Source: Armatimonadota bacterium (GTDB taxonomy: Bacteria; Armatimonadota; HRBIN16). From it: a stretch of DNA of 64,000 bases. The stretch's first letter is position 1; every line of letters starts with the position of its first letter. Location of the stretch: contig OY781964.1 in assembly GCA_963677485.1 (NCBI GenBank), positions 4,736,001 through 4,800,000 of the forward strand. Reading direction: 5' to 3'. The notes beneath the pieces are model-generated. The model did no database searches. It was not told the origin of the DNA and saw only the letters and a program-made list of their open reading frames with translations. A program made the position numbers and the translations under genes. Shown here piece by piece: positions 10,525 through 20,266 of the stretch.

Positions 10525-11664
10525 TTGGCTACTCAGCCCCGAATCGTAACCGTATTTGGCACGCGTCCTGACGCTATCAAAATGGCACCCGTCGTATTGG
10601 AGTTAAAAAAGTACGAACCACAGATCAAAGTTGATGTGGTGGTTACCGGCCAGCATCGCGAAATGCTTGATCAGGTGCTCGACGTGTTTCATATCACTCC
10701 CGAATACGATCTGAACATCATGCAGCATGGGCAGAGCCTATCGCAGATCACCGCGAGGGTTCTGACTGGTCTGGAGCCCATCTTCAACGAGCTCAAACCT
10801 GATGTCGTGTTCGCGCAGGGAGACACATCCACCACTTTCGTTGCCGGGCTTGCCGCTTTCTACCACAAATCGAAATTCGCCCATGTGGAAGCAGGGTTAC
10901 GTACGCATAACAAGTATAATCCCTTCCCGGAAGAGATGAACCGCATATTAGCGGCTCCATTGGCGGACTACCATTTTGCCCCGACTTCGATGGCCAAAGA
11001 GAACCTGCTTCGTGAAGCGGTCGACCCAAAGCGTATTTGGATTACTGGAAACACGGGTATTGATGCTTTGCTATCGGTAGCCGCCATGAAGCATGAGTTT
11101 GCACAACCGGAACTTGAGGCTCTTCGTCACACAGGACTGCGGACGGTTCTTCTGACAAGCCATCGGCGTGAAAACTGGGGCGAACCACTGACTGACATTT
11201 GCCGTGCCGTGCTCCAGCTTGTCGATATGCACCAGGACATCCAGGTTGTCTTCCCCATGCACCGCAACCCCATCGTGCGCAAGACAGTTGAAGCGATGCT
11301 CGGCCATAAGGATCGCATCACATTGACTGAACCGCCTGACTACAAGCCTTTCGTGAAACTGCAGCAGTTAGCCGAGTTGATATTGACTGACAGTGGAGGG
11401 GTTCAAGAAGAGGCACCTAGCCTTGGTAAACCGGTTCTGGTGCTGCGTGAGACAACAGAGCGGCAAGAGGGGGTCACAGCGGGGACAGCTCTGCTAGTGG
11501 GCACAGACACCGAAAGGATCATTTCAGAAGCTACTAGTCTGCTTACGAACAAGCAGCACTACCACCAAATGGCTAACGCCACTAATCCATACGGTGATGG
11601 CACAGCAGCACAGCAGATTTGCCAAATAGTGCTAAAAGAGTATGGGATTGTGAGTGTAGCTTAG
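10525..11664 (+). CDS. wecB: UDP-N-acetylglucosamine 2-epimerase (non-hydrolysing)
   Basis: GTRPDAIKMAP, TGQHREML, QGDT, HVEAGLRT, FPEEMNR, TDSGGVQEEAP; likely TTG start at 10525. Confidence 0.95.
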   Translation: MATQPRIVTVFGTRPDAIKMAPVVLELKKYEPQIKVDVVVTGQHREMLDQVLDVFHITPEYDLNIMQHGQSLSQITARVLTGLEPIFNELKPDVVFAQGDTSTTFVAGLAAFYHKSKFAHVEAGLRTHNKYNPFPEEMNRILAAPLADYHFAPTSMAKENLLREAVDPKRIWITGNTGIDALLSVAAMKHEFAQPELEALRHTGLRTVLLTSHRRENWGEPLTDICRAVLQLVDMHQDIQVVFPMHRNPIVRKTVEAMLGHKDRITLTEPPDYKPFVKLQQLAELILTDSGGVQEEAPSLGKPVLVLRETTERQEGVTAGTALLVGTDTERIISEATSLLTNKQHYHQMANATNPYGDGTAAQQICQIVLKEYGIVSVA

Positions 11665-12738
11665 ATGTCAACAGCCAAGACCGAACAACCGATACAGACA
11701 TTCTTCAGGCTCAGCGGGCGAGTGGTCTTGGTGTTGTTCGGAATCTATCTCATATATGACCTCAAAAATGTGATATTCACCATTATCGCTGCTGCGGCAT
11801 TTGCATATCCGATTGGCTGGATTGTGAAGGCGGGTATGAGGTTCAAGCCGAAGTGGCTATCCTTACGCCTCTACCACATCATCTCATGCTTGATTGGAAT
11901 ATTGGGTTTCATCGGTCTGTGGATATGGTCTGGTTTTATCGTTTACGTTCCTTTTCGGAATGAGATCACAAGCCTGAATTCCAACTGGGATACCTATCAA
12001 CTTCAGTTAAGTAAGATGTTTGGTGGTGTAGAGGACTGGTATAGGTCACTTCCAACCGCATTGCGCGATATCCTGGAAAATCAAAACATGAACAATGGTA
12101 TCAGCAATATGTCCAAGTTTATGGGTGGATTGCTGACACATACTACCAGAGTTGTGAGTTATGTTGTTGAAATAGTGTTGATTCCTGTGATTGCATTTTA
12201 CTTCCTGGTCGATGGCTATTCGATGCGCAAAGAGATTGTCGGTTCGTTACCAAAAAGACTATGGAAGTCAGCAACATGGGCTTTGCGCGAAGCAAACCTG
12301 ATATTTGAGAACTATGTCATCGGCCAGATCATCCTGTGTGTCATCGCAGGAGTAGTCGTATGGCTGGGGCTTAGCCTGCTCGGTGTGCATTATGCATTGG
12401 TACTCGGTGTGATGGCCGGTGTCACCCGCGCTGTGCCCGTGATCGGCCCCATTATCGGTGCGATCCCCATCGTCCTCTTGGCGGCAGCCCAGTATCCCAC
12501 CGATCTATCTGTAGCCGTGAAGGTACTGGTGTTCTTCAGCATCATGCATCTAGTGGAGAGTAAGTTCATTCTGCCGATATTGCTGGGAGATCGACTGAAG
12601 CTTCATCCCGTGTTTGTGATCGTCGCCTTGCTGGTAGGCGGGCAGTTTGCAGGGTTACCCGGCATGATCCTGGCGGCTCCGATTGCTGCGATCATCAGAA
12701 TCATGTACCGCAGATTCAAATTGGGCTTACGAAACTAG
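11665..12738 (+). CDS. AI-2E/PerM family transporter
   Basis: Multiple TM helices; FYFLVDG, YVIGQ, VPVIGPIIG, LHPVFV, GLPGMILAAP. Confidence 0.88.
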   Translation: MSTAKTEQPIQTFFRLSGRVVLVLFGIYLIYDLKNVIFTIIAAAAFAYPIGWIVKAGMRFKPKWLSLRLYHIISCLIGILGFIGLWIWSGFIVYVPFRNEITSLNSNWDTYQLQLSKMFGGVEDWYRSLPTALRDILENQNMNNGISNMSKFMGGLLTHTTRVVSYVVEIVLIPVIAFYFLVDGYSMRKEIVGSLPKRLWKSATWALREANLIFENYVIGQIILCVIAGVVVWLGLSLLGVHYALVLGVMAGVTRAVPVIGPIIGAIPIVLLAAAQYPTDLSVAVKVLVFFSIMHLVESKFILPILLGDRLKLHPVFVIVALLVGGQFAGLPGMILAAPIAAIIRIMYRRFKLGLRN

Positions 12739-12746
12739 GAGAATTG

Positions 12747-13568
12747 ATGAACGAATATCTACACACCATCATATTGGGCATTCTGCAGGGGCTCGGTGAG
12801 TTCCTCCCAATATCCAGCTCCGGCCATTTACTGCTGGCACCGTACCTATTCGGATGGAATGAGATGGGGGATAATGCCAAATTGGTGTATGACTGTGCTT
12901 TGCACGTCGGCACCACTGCGGCACTTATCATCTTCTTCTGGAAGGACTTGACGTCGATTTTCGGCGCACTGATCAAGAAGGAAGTGAAGGCCGAACCGAA
13001 CCGTCGATTAGCCTGGCTACTGCTGATGGGTTGTGTCCCTGCAGCCATCATTGGTGTTTTAGGCGAATCGAAGATTGAGGCGATCTTCCGTAACAGCCCC
13101 CGATCCATTGCCACGGCCCTGATTGTGATGGGCGTCATTCTATGGATAGCCGACAGACTGAGCAAACGCAACAGGGGATATGAAACGCTCAAACCATGGG
13201 AAGCCATCAGTATCGGCCTTGCCCAGGCACTGGCCCTGATCCCAGGCGTAAGCCGCTCAGGAGCCACTCTGACCGCCGGACTCAGTATGGGACTTAGCCG
13301 TGAGGCCGCCGCAAGATTTTCTTTCTTGATGTCGGCTCCAATCACACTGGGTGCCGCACTATGGGCGTTCCGACACTTGGTCAAGACCCCGCCTAATGCG
13401 CACTATGTGGGATTGCTCGTGGTAGGGGCCATCACCTCTGCGGTCGTAGGCTATGTGTGCATTGCCTTCATGCTGAACTACATTAAGAAACACTCCATGA
13501 CGCTGTTTACCGTGTACAGGCTGGTTCTAGGTGTAGGCGTATTTGTGGTTTGGTATATGCGTCAGTAG
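12747..13568 (+). CDS. uppP: Undecaprenyl-diphosphate phosphatase (BacA)
   Basis: QGLGEFLPISSSGH, PGVSRSGAT, AARFSFLMS. Confidence 0.96.
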   Translation: MNEYLHTIILGILQGLGEFLPISSSGHLLLAPYLFGWNEMGDNAKLVYDCALHVGTTAALIIFFWKDLTSIFGALIKKEVKAEPNRRLAWLLLMGCVPAAIIGVLGESKIEAIFRNSPRSIATALIVMGVILWIADRLSKRNRGYETLKPWEAISIGLAQALALIPGVSRSGATLTAGLSMGLSREAAARFSFLMSAPITLGAALWAFRHLVKTPPNAHYVGLLVVGAITSAVVGYVCIAFMLNYIKKHSMTLFTVYRLVLGVGVFVVWYMRQ

Positions 13569-13604
13569 GACGGCATTCACCGAGGAAGTCACACTGAATT
13601 AAAT

Positions 13605-13638
13605 AGCCCTTCAAGCATCTTGTGCTGCTTGAAGGGCT
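13605..13638. terminator. Hairpin between convergent uppP and nrdJ
   Basis: AGCCCTTCAAGCA-8 nt-TGCTTGAAGGGCT 13-bp stem. Confidence 0.7.
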
Positions 13639-13667
13639 TCTGTATATCGACCCGGCGTCTTACACTG

Positions 13668-16505
13668 TTACGAGCAGCCGCTGGTAGAGCCGCAGTTCAG
13701 ACACTTATAACAGGCTCCGTTGCGCACCATGATGCTGCCGCACTCTGCGCAGGGTGGTGCATCGGACTGCAGCTGGAAGACCCTGGGCTCAACATCACCT
13801 AGACTAGATGATGCTTGGGTGGGCGCCTTGCTCATTGCCGGACGTTCGCCAAGTTTAGTCTGGTTCTCTATCGATATTGGCTCTGTGTTTGGTCGATTCT
13901 CAGGCGAAAGGAACTTGAGTGCCAACCAGCGGAAGATGTAGTCCATGATCGACTTAGCAAACCGGATATTCGGGTTATTCGTGACACCCGATGGTTCAAA
14001 CCGGCTGTGAGCGAACTTGTTCACCAGTGTGGTCAAAGGAACGCCATACTGAAGGGCCAACGAGATGGCCGTAGCAAAGCTGTCCATCAATCCGCTGACG
14101 ACAGATCCCTCTTTACTCATGGTGATGAATATCTCACCTGGCACGCCGCTCGGATATAACCCGACCGTTATGTAGCCTTCATGCCCGGCGATGCTGAACT
14201 TATGTGTAACACTCGCACGTTCATCTGGCAGTTTGTGGCGCACTGACCGATATTCAGGCTCTACGGCCACATCGGTTGCTGCTGGCTTATCTTCAACCTT
14301 GGCAGCCTTATCTGACTGCGTAGTATTAAGCGGTTGGGTTCGCTTGCTGCCGTCGCGGTAAATGGCAACCGCCTTGACGCCCATCTGCCATGCTTCGACA
14401 TATGCCTGCATGATCTCTTCAATACTCGCCTCATTGGGCATATTGACAGTCTTGCTGATGGCACCACTCAAAAATGGTTGGACTGCCGCCATCATTTTGA
14501 TGTGCCCTTTATAGTTGATGCATCGGTTGCCTTTAGCAGGCCGGAAGGCGCAATCAAATACCGGTAGATCGCTGGGCTTGAGGTCAGGTGCCCCCTCAAT
14601 GGTGTCTTCCACCTCGATATAGTCCAGTATATTGTGTATCTGCTCCCCAGAGTAGCCAAGTTTATGCAAAGCAGCAGGGACTGTCTGGTTGACGAGTTTC
14701 ATATAACCGCCGCCCACCAAAGTTTTGTACTTGACGAGGGCGATGTCAGGCTCGATGCCAGTGGTGTCGCAGTCCATCATGAAAGCGATGGTACCTGTCG
14801 GGGCCAACACCGTCACTTGGGCGTTGCGATATCCCGCTTTCGATCCTAACCTCAGTGCTTCATCCCAACTCGCACGTGCCTCACTTAACATTACAGGCGG
14901 CACTTTTTCGGGGTCAGCGATATGATCGATGGCCTGACGATGCATATTCATTACATTCAGCATCGGCTCCTTGTTAATCGCATAGCTAGGGAACGCCCCC
15001 CCGTGTTTGCTCGCAATGGCCGCCGATGTGGCATATGCTTCGCCTGTCATGATGGCGGTGATGGTCGCCGCATAGGCTCTACCAGCCGCATCATCGTAAG
15101 GCAGTCCGCGCGACATGAGCAGTGCTCCCAGGTTGGCGTATCCCAAACCCAGGGGGCGGAACTCATGACTGTTGTATGTGATTTGCGGCGTAGGATAAGC
15201 TGCCCTGTCGATCATAATTTCTTGGGCGACGATCAGTATCCTGACAGCGTGTTTGAATGATTCATGATCAAACTCGCCGTCGTCAGTGATGAATTTCATC
15301 AGGTTGAGGCTGGCCAGGTTACACGCTGTATCGTCCAGAAAGATGAACTCGCTGCAGGGGTTACTGGCGTTAATGCGGTCCGTATTTTTGCATGTGTGCC
15401 ATTTGTTGATCATGCTGTCAAATTGCAGCCCCGGATCACCGCATATCCACGTGGATTCCGCAATGGCGTACATCATGTCCCGAGCTTCCAGCTCTTCCGA
15501 CACCTGTCCTGTGCTGATAAAGTGGGTTTGCCATTTGCGTCGGTCGATAGAGGCCTGCATGAACTCATCGGTGACACGCACGGAGTGGTTCGCGTTTTGA
15601 TAACTCACACTATCATAGGCGCCACCAGCCACGTTAAAGCTGCCGTCAAACCCTGACTCAATCAGCGCCCAGGCCTTCTTTTCCTCGCGGGACTTGCAGG
15701 TGATAAATGACATGATATCAGGATGATCATCGTTCAATATTACCATCTTGGCCGCGCGACGAGTTTTACCACCGCTCTTAATCACTCCGGCGAAAGCGTC
15801 AAAGCCCTTCATGAAGCTGACTGGCCCAGACGCCGTCCCGCCGCCTCGCAGCGGTTCTTTGGATGATCGTAGGCGTGAGAAGTTCGTGCCCGTGCCAGAG
15901 CCGTATTTAAATAGCATACCCTCAGTACGAGCGAGGCGGAGAATGCTCTCCATATCGTCGTTCACCGAGTTGATGAAGCACGCACTTGCTTGAGGCCGTT
16001 CACCCGGAACGCCGATGTTGAACCACACAGGACTATTAAAACTCGCCATTTGATAGAGCAATATATGAATTAGCTCGTTGTGAAACGCAGCCGCATCATC
16101 ATCGCTGGCGAAATACCCGTCGGTCTTGCCCCATTCGGCAATAGTATCGGCCACACGGTCAATGAGCTGTTTGACACTGTATTCCCGCTGTGTGGAACCC
16201 AAAAGTCCGCGGAAGTATTTGCTGGCCACGACATTCGTAGCGAGTTGGCTCCAGAATGCCGGCATCTCCAGATTGTCCTGTTCAAAAACCTTGCCCTTGT
16301 CACCATTGATGGTGGCTTTACGCATTTCCCAAGTGACTGTGTCAAAAGGGTGTTTACCTGGGGTGGTATATTTCCGAGATATCTGCAGTCCTGTAGCCTT
16401 GGTATTCCGCCAGTTGGCAGAGATGTTGCCCATCGACTGTTCTGCGGTGATATCTTCCGAACTCGATACAGGACGTCTCAAATCAGAAAGCTGTTTTGAT
16501 TCCAT
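13668..16505 (-). CDS. nrdJ: Class II (adenosylcobalamin-dependent) ribonucleotide reductase with fused C-terminal TSCPD domain
   Basis: FNSPVWFN, SACFI, GGKTRRAA, NPCSE active site, APTGT, ISKTVN, YRDGSK; C-terminal CxxC...CxxC...GCS. Confidence 0.96.
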   Translation of the reverse strand: MESKQLSDLRRPVSSSEDITAEQSMGNISANWRNTKATGLQISRKYTTPGKHPFDTVTWEMRKATINGDKGKVFEQDNLEMPAFWSQLATNVVASKYFRGLLGSTQREYSVKQLIDRVADTIAEWGKTDGYFASDDDAAAFHNELIHILLYQMASFNSPVWFNIGVPGERPQASACFINSVNDDMESILRLARTEGMLFKYGSGTGTNFSRLRSSKEPLRGGGTASGPVSFMKGFDAFAGVIKSGGKTRRAAKMVILNDDHPDIMSFITCKSREEKKAWALIESGFDGSFNVAGGAYDSVSYQNANHSVRVTDEFMQASIDRRKWQTHFISTGQVSEELEARDMMYAIAESTWICGDPGLQFDSMINKWHTCKNTDRINASNPCSEFIFLDDTACNLASLNLMKFITDDGEFDHESFKHAVRILIVAQEIMIDRAAYPTPQITYNSHEFRPLGLGYANLGALLMSRGLPYDDAAGRAYAATITAIMTGEAYATSAAIASKHGGAFPSYAINKEPMLNVMNMHRQAIDHIADPEKVPPVMLSEARASWDEALRLGSKAGYRNAQVTVLAPTGTIAFMMDCDTTGIEPDIALVKYKTLVGGGYMKLVNQTVPAALHKLGYSGEQIHNILDYIEVEDTIEGAPDLKPSDLPVFDCAFRPAKGNRCINYKGHIKMMAAVQPFLSGAISKTVNMPNEASIEEIMQAYVEAWQMGVKAVAIYRDGSKRTQPLNTTQSDKAAKVEDKPAATDVAVEPEYRSVRHKLPDERASVTHKFSIAGHEGYITVGLYPSGVPGEIFITMSKEGSVVSGLMDSFATAISLALQYGVPLTTLVNKFAHSRFEPSGVTNNPNIRFAKSIMDYIFRWLALKFLSPENRPNTEPISIENQTKLGERPAMSKAPTQASSSLGDVEPRVFQLQSDAPPCAECGSIMVRNGACYKCLNCGSTSGCS

Positions 16506-16558
16506 ACTATGACGACACTCCGTTAGTGATAATGAATAGGTAATCACGACTCAGAAAC

Positions 16559-17011
16559 TTAGTTCTGAGCCATCCAGTTGACGAGTTCTTTGAACTCCTC
16601 TGCGTTATGAAACTTTTTGTAAACTGAAGCAAAACGCACATATGCCACGGCATCAAGATTTTGCAGCCGATGCATGACCATTTCGCCAATGGACAAAGAA
16701 TCAAGTTCCGTCCGGCCGCTGTCTATCGCTTCGCGCTCCACTTCATCGACCAATTCCTGTAACTGATCGTCAGAGACAGGTCGTTTTTGGCAAGCCATCC
16801 TAAGCCCATTGAGCAGCTTGTGACGGTCAAAACGCTCTCTGCGCCCGTCACGTTTCACCACATGAAGCTGGTGCTCTTCAATCTGCTCAAATGTGGTAAA
16901 CCGGCGACCGCAATCCAGGCATTCGCGACGACGCCTGGTCGCCTCTCCGTCTCTCACGGAGCGTGATGCCAATACTTTGTCTTCCAGATGACCGCAAAAA
17001 GGGCATTTCAT
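16559..17011 (-). CDS. nrdR: Transcriptional repressor NrdR
   Basis: [27 protein letters not shown] cone, [10 protein letters not shown]. Confidence 0.97.
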   Translation of the reverse strand: MKCPFCGHLEDKVLASRSVRDGEATRRRRECLDCGRRFTTFEQIEEHQLHVVKRDGRRERFDRHKLLNGLRMACQKRPVSDDQLQELVDEVEREAIDSGRTELDSLSIGEMVMHRLQNLDAVAYVRFASVYKKFHNAEEFKELVNWMAQN

Positions 17012-17034
17012 GTGGGCCGCCTCAAAAATCGCGT

Positions 17035-17089
17035 GGTGTATATATAGTGCCTACATAAGAAGTTTAGCACCATATATGGCGTCATGCAA
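17035..17089 (-). promoter_or_regulatory. nrdR-nrdJ promoter with two NrdR boxes
   Basis: TTGCAT-17 bp-TAAACT (17061-17089); NrdR-box-like 16-mers gcaccatatatggcgt (17067-17082) and ggtgtatatatagtgc (17035-17050), 32 bp apart. Confidence 0.75.
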
Positions 17090-17254
17090 GCTCTAGTCGT
17101 AAAATTACCAAACCAGCGCCGTTTAGCTATGGCCATTCTGGCCGGATGCGCATCATTGTTATATTGTTTAGAGAACGGGCAGGAAATGTGTCTGACATTG
17201 GCGAAATGTGAGAGGTAATAGATGGCTTGATCATCTCTAATCTAGGAGAATCCG

Positions 17255-19255
17255 ATGGAAAAGAGACTGCGCTGGGGTATCATAGGTATCGGAAATATTG
17301 CTAAGGCGTTTGCCAAAGGGTTATTGCAGTCAAAGAAAGGCACTTTGCACGCTGTAGCAAGCCGAAGCGCTGAGAAGGCGAAGGCCTTTGCGCAGGAATA
17401 CGGTGCTTTACGCGGCTACGGAGATTATCAGTCGCTGTTGGACGACGTTGAGATCGACGCTGTCTATATCAGCACTCCGCATCCGATGCATGCGGAATGG
17501 GCGTTTAAGGCAGCCAGAGCTGGCAAGCATATATTGTGCGAGAAGCCGATTGCTTTGAATTATCCCCAGGCGATGGCCATTATCCAGGCCGCCAAGGATA
17601 ACGGCGTGTTTCTCATGGAAGCATTCATGTATCGCTGCAACCCTCAGACAGCGAAAATTTTAGAAATTGTCAGCCAGAAGCAGATTGGTGAGGTCAAAAT
17701 CATTGACGCGACCCACAGTTTTTATGCCGAGATGGACCCGGAGGGAAGGGTTTACAATGCCGATCTTGCTGGCGGCGGAATCATGGATGTGGGCTGCTAT
17801 TGCACCTCCTTTGCCCGGCTAGTGGCCGGAGCGGCCATGGGGCAAGCCGTTGCAGAGCCACTGGAAATGAAGGCTATGGGCCATATCGTCTACACAGGAG
17901 TTGACGCATATACCAGCGCGATCATGCGATTCCCTGGTGATATCATCGCTACGGTATCAACCGCGGTGCAGTTGAACCAGGCGAACCATGCGAACATCTA
18001 TGGCACCGAGGGGCATCTATACATTCCAGATCCCTGGTTCGGAACCGGGGCGTCTGGCGAATCAAAAATCTATATTTACCGTCCAGGGCAACCAGTCGAA
18101 GAGATTGCGATTCATGCCGATCGCGGCATCTACGCCCTTGAAGCTGATGCGGTGGCGGAGGCAGTCGAACAAGGACTCAAAGAGTCTCCTCACATGAGCT
18201 GGAATGATACCCTGGGTGATATGCGTTGTCTTGACAACTGGCGGCTAGACCTTGGGGTCACATATCCAATCGAAAAGCCGACAGCCAACTGGCCTACATG
18301 CAGCAATGAGCCATTAACGGTGAAAACTAACGCACCCATGGTATACGGTCAGATAGCGGGTGTAGAAAAGCCGGTTTCCAAACTGGTCATGGGTGTGATG
18401 ATGACCGGTGCCCAGCACCTTCTGCCACACTGCTCCGTGATGTATGACTACTTCTTCGAAAATGGCGGCAACTGCTTCGATACCGCTTATATCTATGGGG
18501 GAGGGCAGTCTGACCGCATACTGGGGCAGTGGATCAAGAACAGAGGTATCCGTGATAAGGTGGTGGTGCTGGGTAAAGGGGCACACACCCCAGACTGCAA
18601 CCCAGAAGCACTCAGCCGACAGATGATGGAATCCTTGGATCGCTTACAGACTGATTACCTCGATATCTACATGATGCATCGAGACAACACGGAGATCCCA
18701 GTAGGGGAGTTCGTAGACGTGTTGAATGAGCACCTTAAGGCGGGTCGTATCCACTCCTTTGGCGGCAGCAACTGGAGCCTGCAAAGATTGGCTGAAGCCA
18801 ACCAGTATGCTCAAAAGCACGGTTTGGTGGGTTTTTCGGCCATCAGCAACAACCTGTGTCTAGCTGACATGGTTCGCCCTGTGTGGGATGGCTGCATCAG
18901 CGTGAATGACCCGGTATCGAGGCAATGGTTGGCCGATACTCAGACAGCGGTGATGTCATGGAGCAGCACCGGACGCGGCTTCTTCGTGGTAGGCAATGAA
19001 GCAATGTTGACAGACAACGTCATGGTTCGCGGTTGGTATAGTGCTGTAAACTTCAAGCGTAAAGCTCGAGTTGAAAAACTCGCCGAAGAAAAAGGCGTGG
19101 CACCCATCGATATCGCACTAGCTTGGGTATTGCAGCAGCCGTTCCCCACCTTCGCCCTGACGGGGCCAGCCAGTCTAGAGGAACTTTCCATCACATTGGG
19201 TTGCTTTGGTGTCAGTTTGACTGATGCCGAGATGGCCTGGCTATACGAAGGGTAA
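17255..19255 (+). CDS. Gfo/Idh/MocA oxidoreductase fused to aldo-keto reductase
   Basis: N half: WGIIGIGNIA, HILCEKP, GGGIMDVGCY; C half: FDTAYIYG, GKG, MMHRD, GGSNW. Confidence 0.9.
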   Translation: MEKRLRWGIIGIGNIAKAFAKGLLQSKKGTLHAVASRSAEKAKAFAQEYGALRGYGDYQSLLDDVEIDAVYISTPHPMHAEWAFKAARAGKHILCEKPIALNYPQAMAIIQAAKDNGVFLMEAFMYRCNPQTAKILEIVSQKQIGEVKIIDATHSFYAEMDPEGRVYNADLAGGGIMDVGCYCTSFARLVAGAAMGQAVAEPLEMKAMGHIVYTGVDAYTSAIMRFPGDIIATVSTAVQLNQANHANIYGTEGHLYIPDPWFGTGASGESKIYIYRPGQPVEEIAIHADRGIYALEADAVAEAVEQGLKESPHMSWNDTLGDMRCLDNWRLDLGVTYPIEKPTANWPTCSNEPLTVKTNAPMVYGQIAGVEKPVSKLVMGVMMTGAQHLLPHCSVMYDYFFENGGNCFDTAYIYGGGQSDRILGQWIKNRGIRDKVVVLGKGAHTPDCNPEALSRQMMESLDRLQTDYLDIYMMHRDNTEIPVGEFVDVLNEHLKAGRIHSFGGSNWSLQRLAEANQYAQKHGLVGFSAISNNLCLADMVRPVWDGCISVNDPVSRQWLADTQTAVMSWSSTGRGFFVVGNEAMLTDNVMVRGWYSAVNFKRKARVEKLAEEKGVAPIDIALAWVLQQPFPTFALTGPASLEELSITLGCFGVSLTDAEMAWLYEG

Positions 19256-19296
19256 GTTGTGATAGTTGTGGGTCTGTATGATCAAGGTCATCAGAC

Positions 19297-20040
19297 CTAC
19301 AGCTCGTTGCGCACGCAGATCGTCTGGCTGCTCGTGAACAACAGATTGTTCATGCCATCGGTATAGGCACGGATTTCCAACAGGTAGCAGCCATCAGGCA
19401 GATTTTCACTTGACCACACCAGAGGGGATGTCAGGTTGTTGCTGGTGCTGACCATCCGACCGTCTATACAAAGCTGCATAAACAGGTTTTTACCTTTGGC
19501 TTGAACCAGCCGTTCGAGCCCTCTCAGTACGACCGATATTCTTCCGTTGACATATTTGACACCCGGCTTGCCTAGAATGATCGACCGTTTCACCGCAGCA
19601 ATGCTTTCTTGCTCCGCAGACGTGATGATCTCCAAGGAGGATGAAGGGGTCGCCCAAAGGGTGAGGATTTCGTTGCTTTTCTCCCAACCTTCGATAGGTT
19701 TTTGAAAATGCCACTTGGTACGCCGGTCTCCTATCTGCTCCCACAAAGGTGATGCTTCAGGGATATCCGTGTAGATACCGGCTGATTTCGGCTTCGCTTC
19801 AAATGGATAGATCGAAACATCAGCGCTGGTGCTTTTCGATGCAACGATCGCCCTGATACGGCCCACGATGATCCCACTTGGTTGCGACTGCTCCATCACC
19901 CGTATGGTTCCACCTGGTTTTGGGTATATCGCCAAATACGGAACAGGGGCAGACCACACACCTGAAGACAGTATGCAAAGTAGTACTGATGCGATGATTA
20001 CTAAATGTGTGCGGCGAAGGTCGAACAAATGAGTTGGCAC
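19297..20040 (-). CDS. Hypothetical exported protein with C-terminal Ig-like domain
   Basis: Hydrophobic N-terminal signal; C-terminal IDGRMV...LVWSSENLPDGCYLLEIRAY resembles Big-type beta-sandwiches. Confidence 0.6.
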   Translation of the reverse strand: MPTHLFDLRRTHLVIIASVLLCILSSGVWSAPVPYLAIYPKPGGTIRVMEQSQPSGIIVGRIRAIVASKSTSADVSIYPFEAKPKSAGIYTDIPEASPLWEQIGDRRTKWHFQKPIEGWEKSNEILTLWATPSSSLEIITSAEQESIAAVKRSIILGKPGVKYVNGRISVVLRGLERLVQAKGKNLFMQLCIDGRMVSTSNNLTSPLVWSSENLPDGCYLLEIRAYTDGMNNLLFTSSQTICVRNEL

Positions 20041-20266
20041 CTGTCTGTAGATTGGTTGAAGGATACGGCCTCTGTATTACCGTATCGAATTACAGTATAC
20101 CGAAATGAGGCGGTATGTTTCGATTTGCTTGTGATAATCGCAGCACGATATTACCATATTTTAACAGGGAATGGCCACAGAATCGATAGATGGTTTAGTA
20201 TATTAACAGGTGGTGCAGCTTTGTACTCATTATCGAAATATCTTGACTGTAAGGTGATGAACCCCT

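Noticed and set aside
13668-16505. Possible intein or intron in nrdJ, a common insertion target
   Set aside because: Length and motifs are continuous; no intein splice motifs or homing endonuclease seen
20041-20266. Possible cobalamin riboswitch upstream of the corrinoid activator (TTAACAGGGAA)
   Set aside because: Only this short motif matches; the following GGTG, CCCCGC and B12-box elements are not visible. An Rfam covariance search would settle it
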